Below, one piece after another: positions 51,373 to 60,639 of a stretch of 64,000 nt of DNA; the stretch's first letter is position 1; every line of letters begins with the position of its first letter. This stretch comes from Dicyema japonicum (lineage: Eukaryota > Animalia > Dicyemida): NCBI GenBank assembly GCA_011109175.1, contig RDEW01000013.1, forward strand, positions 227,476-291,475, in the 5' to 3' direction. The notes under the pieces are model-generated. The model did not search any database. It had not been told where the DNA came from and saw nothing but the letters and a program-made list of their open reading frames with translations. Both the position numbers and the translations under genes were made by a program.

Positions 51373-52442
51373 ATGTTCGATCTTCTAGCATTAATTATTA
51401 CTGGTTGTTTTAGTTTTTATTATAGTATCTTGTCGATGCCCTGAATACTTTAGTAACCCTTCAGGAGATTTGGAAATTAATGGAACATGCTATTCTGTTA
51501 AAAGAAAATTTACACAATTATAGTGAATCTATCACCAGTGCCAAGATAAAGGAGGGTTGCTTGTAATTTTCGATTTTTATTTGAGGCAATAATAAACAAT
51601 AAACATAGTTTTGGGATCCATCAGAGAATTATTAACAAAATTAAATTCAACTAAAAGAAATTATTATGTAGTAAAAAGAATGGGAAATACCATGGGCAGT
51701 AAACATTATTGCCATTGCATTACAAAAATTGCATCAAATTGGAGAATAACTCGATGTTCTTGTGAAGGAGAACATATTCCAGGTGGATTTATCTGCGAAT
51801 ACAGTTATTTCATATTTGAATATATAGGATTGCCACTTACACCTGCAACCCAACTTGGTTTACAGGATCGACAAACTCATCGAATTTTATACAACACCTA
51901 ATACGGTAACTAAGTCAGAGGAAGCTAATTCAAATAAATTAATCTACAACGCTTGATTTGAGAATTGGTGAAACACTTACAGCGAATATAGAATCTTCAA
52001 ACTCAACTGAATCACTTCCAACAACAAGAAAGACAAATACAGTGGAATTATCAAAGATAATACAAAATTCAACAAAAAATCTATCGAAATCAATTTCAGC
52101 TCGTCAATTCTCATTAAACATAGAGACTGATATGATTGGGGGAGATTTAAAAACACACAGTTCTTTTGAGTCAGAGAAGTTCGCTTCGAACTCTTCGAAT
52201 GACTCGCAAAACACTCAAGCTAGAGTTATGATTGGTTGTTATCAAATATTAATTTCCAGGTTTAATTACAGGTATCAGTTTGGGCGTATTGCTTACAACA
52301 TTCTTCTTCATGTTGTATTTTTGCCTAATAATTTAGAATACGTAAACGACAAAAACGTTCAGATGAAAAAGACGAAATCATAAAAATCAGAAAAAAGCTA
52401 GATAGCAGAAAAAGCTCAATTTATTACATGCATGATCTTTAA
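51373..52442 (+). CDS. Type I membrane protein with C-type lectin-like domain
   Basis: Short signal peptide and 22-nt intron. CPEYF...GTCY...CQDKGG...W..TRC...GFICE pattern, S/T-rich stalk, TM GLITGISLGVLLTTFFFMLYFC and basic tail. Needs two or three 1-nt corrections. Confidence 0.5.
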
Positions 52443-53098
52443 TTTTCTCTATTTTCTTTAATCATTTAATTTTCCACATTTCATAGTCATTTATTGCTTT
52501 ACTACTTTCTTTTTAACTTTACCTGAGAAGATTATAACTAGAGATTCTGTCAAAAAATATATAAAACAATAAAAAATTCTAAAAATAAACTCCGCCTAAC
52601 ATATTTTAGATTTTTGTCGATTATTTCCATTCACATAACGCACATTGAGAAATAATGAATTTGAGTCAATTAAGCTTTATACCAAATATATGCTTAACAA
52701 TCGAGACTGTCTATACAAAAAGTACAATATTCCTCATATCTATTTTATAAACTCAAAATCTGAGTGTATATTTGTGTGTTTGTTGTTAATTTTGTTCTTT
52801 TATACGAATAAAGTCTACATAGCTTAATGATGGGTAAAAGTCCGTGTCTTCCTTCGTCTCTTGAAGACTAAGAGACATCGAATACTCGAATTTATAATAA
52901 AGTAAAAAATCGAGAAAGTGAGAATACACCCTCCATCCATATTGATCTTAAAGTAAGTGCTCAAGGAAATGTTGCTGTGGACGTTTAATCGATCCATATG
53001 ATTGCCATCCTGTTTGAGCAAGGTTTGTTTCTCCTGACTCGAAAACGCACTTTCCTCTGCTAACTACCAGTGTATTTTGGAAGAGAGAGAAACATCAT

Positions 53099-55934
53099 TA
53101 TTATTATTACCCCCAGGATCACTTGGTCAAAAAGAAAAAAATAAAAGTTCTCATCTAAGTGATCCCAGACCGACAAAGGTGAGGACGAGTCCGGCGGGGT
53201 CGAGAATCCTGAACAGCTCTTCTCTTCGGACATGGCATCGGCTCAAATGATTGTAGATAATTCGATAGTATTTGGAATAGAGGGCAGCTCGGTAGAACAG
53301 CCTCCTTTAATAGTTTCCGTTGTAGTTCGATTAAAAAATTTTCAATAGGTTGGATTGTGATCTGGTCCAATTAACTTTATTGCAGTCTCCTCGATTGCAG
53401 ATAACTTCAATGTGGAAGATCGTGACATTTGCATTGCCCATGAAGGACTTGCATACGTCATCGTTGGTCGGATAAATTGTTTGTAAATCGTGGCAAGGAT
53501 CCCAGTTTGATCTCTAAGTGTTTTTGAAAGCACTTTAAAAATTCTCATTTTTTTCAGAGCAGAAGTTACTCTGTTTTCGACATGCCGGATAAAGGTGAGT
53601 ACCTGATCAAAGGTTACTCCCAGAATCTTCGGTGTTTTGTTAATAGAGATAGCTTCGTTATTCATAAAGACTATTGGTTCGATACAGAGCTGTCTTTTGT
53701 AGGTGGTAAACAGTGTGACAAAGGACTTTGCTGCTGATGTGTCGAGTCTCCGCTTCAAAAACCATAGTTCCAGCTTGTCGAGCATTTGTTACTGAGTCGC
53801 TGATTGAAAGCTTCTGTTCTTGGAGGCAAGAATGATATCGTCTGCATAGGAGAGGATTAGACAGTTTTCATTACAGGTTTGTGGCATGTCGTTTATGTAG
53901 AGATTGAAGAGTGGGGTGATAGTGGGAGCCTTGAGGGACTCCATTTGGGAAATAGCGAGATCTTGATTTGATGTTGTTGCAGCACTTGTGCTCGTCTTCC
54001 ATTTAGGAAGTTTCCAAGCCAAAGTTTCAGGTTCGGATGGATGTTGGTTTCATATATTTTCTTTGTTAGAGTTTCCTAGGGACTGAGTCGAACGCTTTTG
54101 TGATGTCCACGGATATAAGTACTGTCCTCTGATGGGGTTTGGGGAGTTAAATCCTTCCGCAATGAATTGTGTGAGGGTTGTAAGGTGTGTTGTCGTCGAA
54201 TGGTTGTCCCGGAATCCGTGCTGGGTCGGAGGTATTGAGATTGAGTCTTGTATTTTTTCCAAAACAAGCCTTTCAAGGATCCTTGAGACCGGACTTAGAA
54301 TAGATATTGGGCGATAGGAAGATGGTTCATCTATTGGTTTGTTGGGTTTTCGGATAGGTCTGATTAGAGACTTCTTCCATATTTCAGGGATTGTATTTGT
54401 GTTAATGGATAGGTTGAATATATAGGCTAATAGTTCCAGGGCTCGATGGCCTAGGTGCTTCAGTTCACATGTGGTTATGTTGTCTGGTCCTTTGGCCTCT
54501 GAGTTGTTGGCCTTAGATATGGCTCTGCGAACATCCTGACTAGTAAATAGGATCCAGTCATCGGAGCGTTTCGGTTCAATCTTTTTCAGGAATACTTGGT
54601 GTTCTTTTGAAAACTTCCTGTAGGATATAGATGTGTAATATTTTATCAGAGTGTCTGGTTTTATGTAGACTTCGACTTTTCTCTCTGGGGAGGTCTTTTG
54701 ATGTTTTTGATCCACTTCCACACTCTTTGCATTGGGGGTTTTTGTAGAGAGCTTTCGATAGTCTCGTCCATCTATTTGCATTTTCTGTCTTTATGTTGTT
54801 GTCGATCTCTCTGTTCAATTCTCGTATTTTCCTGATGTTCTCTTCTGTTGGCGATTTTACCATCTTTAGATTATTTCGTTCTCGATCTGATGTTTCGTCG
54901 TTGTGTTAAGACGCTTTGATAACGTTGGTTGTCTGCCCATAGGAATTTACTTTTTTTCGCATCGTTTATAATGGAGTTGAACCATTTCACTAATTATTTG
55001 CCGGAGGGAAAAGTGAGTAAATTTAAAATTCCAATACAGTTATCGACGTATTCCTTGAATCCTTTCCAATTCGCAAGGCTGTAGTTAGTTATGTTGGGTA
55101 TTGTCCTTTTATCCGTGACCTTGCTTTTTTGACCTCCAAAAATATAGGGTTGTGGTCACTCCTGGTGTCATACTTCACTGACCAGTCAATAAGTGGGGCC
55201 AAGGACGGTGATGACAATGAGATGTCGATAGAAGAAGGTTTATCATTACGTCGAGTAGGTGTTCTTGTATGAGATGCAGGATCGTTGAGTATACATAGGC
55301 TGTGGAGGTCCTCAATTATCATCTTCCCTCTTTTGTCGTAGGTTTGTCCTGTCAGCCACAGTGGGTGCTTCGCATTGAAGTCACCACAGATAATCACATC
55401 CTTTAGTGACGCGAGAGGAGTGAGTCTGGGGCACTGGACGAGCAGGAACTCAGTGGTGGGAGATATGCGTTGACAATTGTTATTGATAGTCTTGGGAATC
55501 GTATTTTGGTAACCAAAAGTTCGAGATTTCCATATCCTTTAAGCATAGTGTAAGCACTGTTAGTTAAGTCCTCAAACAGAATTCCGTTGCGGATAACTGT
55601 AAGAAGACCCCCACCAAGTTTGCCAATTCTGTCACGGCGAATTATTGTGAATCCCGGAAATACTTGTGTTGAATTCTTTGGAGAAAATTTAAACTCTTTA
55701 ATTAGCAACAGATCAATGTGATTTTCTTTCACAATTGTCCCAAGTTCGAGTATCTTGTTCTTGATTCCATTTATGTTTAGTTGAACTATTCTGGCTGGTC
55801 CAGGGTTTGATTCAACGTCTCCGCAGTGGCGCAGGCCTTCCTTATTGGTCCAACCGTGAAGATAGGGGAAAATGTGGTTCTTTTTTTCAAATGCCACCAC
55901 GTCGTCGGCGAGCCATATGACATTTTTTTTCGAA
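53099..55934 (-). mobile_element. Ingi/Vingi-like LINE with N-terminal 2A peptide and 11-bp TSD
   Basis: GDVESNPGP at 55822-55796 directly before APE (IVQLNINGI). RT (SSYRPISIL, QHGFR, LSYADD), GIT* end, (TAA)n tail. AGAAACATCAT at 53088-53098 and 55935-55945. Several disablements. Confidence 0.92.
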
Positions 55935-56239
55935 AGAAACATCATAAAAAGTTATGTTTAATATTAATAGAGGATGGGATCTGCTAATGGCCTTCCCGTG
56001 GTAATAGTTAATATCATGGTTATTATTGGCTTAACAATATGACTTAATCATTTACGTGGACGATAGCTATTTCATGAGCTATTGAAACTATCGCTGATCC
56101 TGTAGGTTCCATGGAATGTTGTTATACCTTTACGGTTAGAAATAATGTCTTCACGTGAGTCACCTAGTTTTGAAGGAAACAGCATACAAATGTAGGCCTT
56201 CCTTATTTGTCCACCCGTGAAGATAATTTAATTTTTTTT

Positions 56240-57566
56240 AATTTATTTTTAGAATGGAAAACCTAAATCAAAATAAATTAGTATAGATTTTAGGGCGTCA
56301 TTATCAAAAATGATTTTTAAAGTTGTTATTCCTTGTCCAATAATCAGTTGTAATACTAATGAAACTGTAAATTCATATTTGCAATATTATAGGAAAGTGA
56401 TGAAATGATGAATATGAGATTTCTTCTTGGAGAATTTAATGTAACGGATGAAAGCTCAGTTTTGAAGAGAATAGAGTGAATATTAATCAGCATTTAGATA
56501 TTTAATGGTAAATGTAGACAAAGATTCAGATGATAAACTCAATCGACAAGAAATTGCCGATTGGGTTAGGGAATTGTATAAGAACGAAACAGAATCCGAA
56601 TTAGAGGAAGAATACAAAAGCATGAAACCAACTGAACAAGGAATTAGTTCGGAAAATTTTCATAATTACCGAGGTAATATAGGTCATGGAATTTTTTAGA
56701 CGGAGAAATAAATTCTTCAGTTGAATTCAAATTGCTTGATCAAAATTCTGATGGTTTTCTCAGCAAAGATGAATTCAGAGTTCTCATAAATCCAAGGGAA
56801 AATAGAAAACTCATAGAATTATATGTTCAGGTTATTTTGATCTTCATTTTAGAGCTTTTTCAAATTGGGCACTGATGGAAGGCTAACCCTGGAAGAATAT
56901 AAGGGTAACTAAGCAAATGCATTAATCTAGACAAACTCGACAAGTTTTCTGAAAACAAAGATGTCGATGTTATTGACAAAAACAACGACAACTATGTTGA
57001 TGTGGATGAATTGACCGAATATTATTATCATAATTCACAGGATTTTGATGATCAGGCTTCTCAAATTTTAAAATCCATCGACACAAACAATGTTTTAATA
57101 TTTTATGATTAAAGGACGGTCAGATTGATATCTCAGAATTGAATGCAAAAAGCAGTGAATTCTTAGAAACGTCGAAAAGGCAATCTGAGGATATCTCAGA
57201 CTACGAAGAGCTCTAACCATTAATTTTCTCTAATCCGGGATTTTTCCTCTTTAATAATTTGGAAATCTTTGAATTTCTAATTAGAATTACATTACACGTA
57301 GACAAATTGTTATTTCGATGTAGAATAAGGAAACAAATAATTAGAGACTTTGGGCTAATAATAATTATAGCTACGCACGTGTATGACATGCTTAAAGAAC
57401 AGTTATGTTAAATAATTATAGAAAGGGCCAAGACATGTTTTAACTTGTTTTTTCTTTTATTTGCCTCTGATTTCCTATACACAGCAGGGTATACTTAGTA
57501 CAGCGGCAATAGTCAAGCATGAAGCACCATATATGCTAACATTCAGTGATATGAATATCAGAGAAT
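56240..57566 (+). repeat. Right arm of 1.33-kb inverted duplication (partner 40881-42206)
   Basis: Near-identical to the reverse complement of 40881-42206. Confidence 0.95.
56310..57216 (+). CDS. CREC-family EF-hand protein, copy 4
   Basis: Same exon structure as copy 3. Ends SDYEEL*. Shares the T6 frameshift (about 56692-56697). Confidence 0.7.
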
Positions 57567-57699
57567 GTTAACAGTACTTATAGGCCGCAGTACCTAGACT
57601 GGGTTAAAAGTTGAGAGGGCTACTAAGGGAAACTGTAACCACCTAGTTGGCGTGGTTCTTTCTAACCTAGCAGTTATTTTTGGTTTTTAATTTAAATTG

Positions 57700-58060
57700 A
57701 TGACCATTTTACACCAGGTATTGACTAGTCGACTACATGGCCACTCGTCAACCAGATTCCACTCTAAGTGATGAGTCCTTCTTGTATGAACTTGACCAAT
57801 TACACTGGCGAAGATTACCATTATGAAAATTCTTTCAACTAAGAATGAAGTTTGTGTTCAACGGTTGGACGTGTGATGAAAATGGAAGAGGGGTTAACTT
57901 ACTTTTCCTTCTTTTTTTTGAAGTGTAAGCCTGTAATTTACTATCGGAGGATAGATTTGGTCGGTATTAGCAGATGTTCTCTCTTCTTTATTTAATTAGG
58001 TTTTACTTTTGTGCCGGAATGACCAAATATTTTAAACCTGGAGGTAATAAATAAATTGAT
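57700..58060 (+). pseudogene. Remnant of the discoidin-like family
   Basis: TNYTGEDYHYENS, LKCKPVIYYRRIDLVG and CAGMTK align with the minus strand of 17520-17800. Stops present. Confidence 0.55.
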
Positions 58061-58509
58061 GTACCTTGGTTCTTGATAGACTCTGTTAGTTCAGAGACAA
58101 GAAATAGTAAACAAGTTTGTCGTTTTTGCTATTTCTTGTCTTTTGAGGGTATAAATAAAATTAAGAAAGCGCACTAATTTTGTGACAATTGATAATCGGG
58201 ATCTCACGACAACGCCCAATTTAACCCCGATTGAGATTACAAATGTCATCTGTTTACTATATACACGATTGTGTCTTAAAACATCTGTCGTGGTTTAAAA
58301 CGTACTATCATCCTAAAGCGTCGTATTTTTTCTTCAGAATTTCCGGCTCTTGCTGAGGCAGATCCTAGATAAGTGGCTGTCATCGTGAGGTAAAAAGGGA
58401 AAAGTCCACACAAGTAGGATCCCAGGCATTTTCTACCCCAGGTTAAAGACTCTTTGGTTATTGCTGTAAAAATTAACATTAAAAAACAGAATTAAACAAA
58501 ATCATAAAG

Positions 58510-59681
58510 TCAAGTTTCTTTTACTAAAAATTGACCTTTTCCTCCTTTTCTTATAAGAAATCTGTTTACCCCCAATAATTTTAGCACAATGGACAAAGCC
58601 TGAATTGATAAACTTCTAATATAACCTGGGTGACTGCATTAGAAATATTCCCAGTATCTGCTGGCAGAATCAACGTATTTCCCGTTTTGGCTAAATTTCC
58701 GAAGGCCTCGACATATTTCTCAGCCACACCAAGCGAGGCTGCTTTGATTTGTTGCTTTAATAATATTATTTAAAAAGTTACAGAGCGAGTCAGAACGGCT
58801 GAGATCTTCTTCAAACGAACGGCTTGCCCTTTCGCAACTGTAGCCAGGGCTTTGGCTTCGCCTATAGCTTGGTTTATTCTCATTTGCTTATTTGCCTCAC
58901 TCCGAAGTATTGTACCCATCTTCTCCCCTTCAGCCACGTTGATTTCGTATTGCCTTTTCCCTTCGGATTCAAGAATCAGGGCTCGTTTGGTCCGTTCTGC
59001 TTCGACCTGTTTCTGCATAGCTTCCTGAATCCTGGGAGGCATCTTCACATCCTCTTAAAGTAATATTATATTTAACTAATTTCATATCTAAGACAAACAA
59101 TCCCCACGTGTCCTTGGAAGCCTTGTTGATGGCTTCTATTTGTTATTTTTTATAGAATAAACCCACAATTGCATTATTCAATTTCTCCCGTTCCATAAAA
59201 ACAACATCGAGGATAATCTTTCCAATCTCCGCCCTCATTGTCGTCTGCGCCAACATTGTTATGGCGTATTCTGGGTCCTCCACACCATAACTAGCCTAAT
59301 TATGATCACTTCCACAAACCATATAGGGATCGATGACTCTCAGGTAAAGAGCTCCGTCCAAGTTTAGGTTTACATTGTCGCATGTTATGGCCGTTTGCTG
59401 AGGAATTTCTATTGCAATTTCTCTCAAATTTTGAACGTATTTTATTTTGTCAAAAACTGGAATCAAAAAGTTTGGTCCCTTCAATAAACGGAAAAAAATT
59501 AACTGGCTTTAGTATTTGATGGTATTTCCCCATCCTCTCGACAACCCAGGACTCCTGCTGGGGGACGAAAACTAAACCAAAGTTGTAAGGCAATGACGAA
59601 TTTAATCGTTTTGATTGTCTCAATAAAGCAGTCTAATGTTATAGACAAATAAACTGAGAGATATCGAATTGCACATGACAT
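58510..59681 (-). CDS. STOML2: Stomatin-like protein 2 (SPFH domain)
   Basis: FVPQQESWVVERMGKYHQILKP|GPNFLIPVFDKI...DNV...DGALYLRV..ASYGVEDPEYAI...MQKQVEAERTKRALILESEG. Introns 22-26 nt where measured. Confidence 0.93.
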
Positions 59682-59759
59682 GGCTCAAAATTTAAAATAA
59701 CTTTGTATTATTATTTTTTTAAACAATTTATTATAACACAAAAACTAACAGTTAACAAT

Positions 59760-60630
59760 ACTGGCTGCTCTCATAATTGATACCCTCGGAGGACTGAAAT
59801 CAGTCTCACGTCTTCTCCCAAACGGTATCCCCAAGGATCTCCTTTATCCCCGCCTTATTTACTTTATACCTGGCAGACCTCCCGACACCGAAATCCAATA
59901 ACGATGTTCTACTCTCATATGCGGACGACATTGTTTTGGCCTCGCGTGATCGGATATTCAAAATGCTACAGAAAGATTACAAATTAACCTGGACCGACTC
60001 AACGCCTGAGTAATGAAAAACCGACTCACGATAAATTCCAGAAAGTCGTCACGTCTATGTTACTTCGGACAAAAGGTTGAGGAAGAAGACTGTCACCTTA
60101 AATTTGGCAACGTTGAAATCACCTTTAGCAAATGTCAGAAGATCCGGGCGTGACAAAGGATACGCACTTATTCTTGTCAGCACACATACATTGTTCTGAA
60201 GTGCGAGAAGAGGATTAATGTATTAAAATGTTTATCTGGAATATGGAAGACAGGTACCCACCCGGTCTTGATGAACATCTAAAATCATACATCGAACCAT
60301 GCTTCTCGTACGCGTGTGCTTCGTGGGGACCTTCATTATCATGGACGAATATCAAGAAAATCGAGGACGTTCAACAGAAGGCTTTCAGAATGACTGAGCG
60401 GTTGTCTTGTGGGAGACACAGAACCGGACCGACTACTCTGGAGGCCCTCATTAAACAAAACTCCGGCATGCGAGAAGGTGGCCCTGCAAATACAGTCACC
60501 CGCCAGTACGAGCTTGTGTGGGCACGAGGGAGGGGCACCGGGAAAGAATGAGGATTTTGGCGAAGCGCATCGGGATCGCGTGATAGTTAGTTTTGGTTTT
60601 ACCGTGTCTTGGGTGTTAAATAAATAAAAT
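59760..60630 (+). mobile_element. 5'-truncated Ingi/Vingi-like LINE
   Basis: GIPQGSPL, LLSYADD, YIEPCFSYACASWG. Ends GIA*. Confidence 0.75.
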
Positions 60631-60639
60631 AAAACCGAA

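Noticed and set aside
52560-53040. ORFs 52645-52827 (+) and 52824-53021 (-)
   Set aside because: Low-complexity AT-rich ORFs with no consistent splice model or homology.
55935-55945. ATG ATG start of ORF 55403-55945
   Set aside because: It lies within the target-site duplication, so it is flanking DNA and not part of the element.
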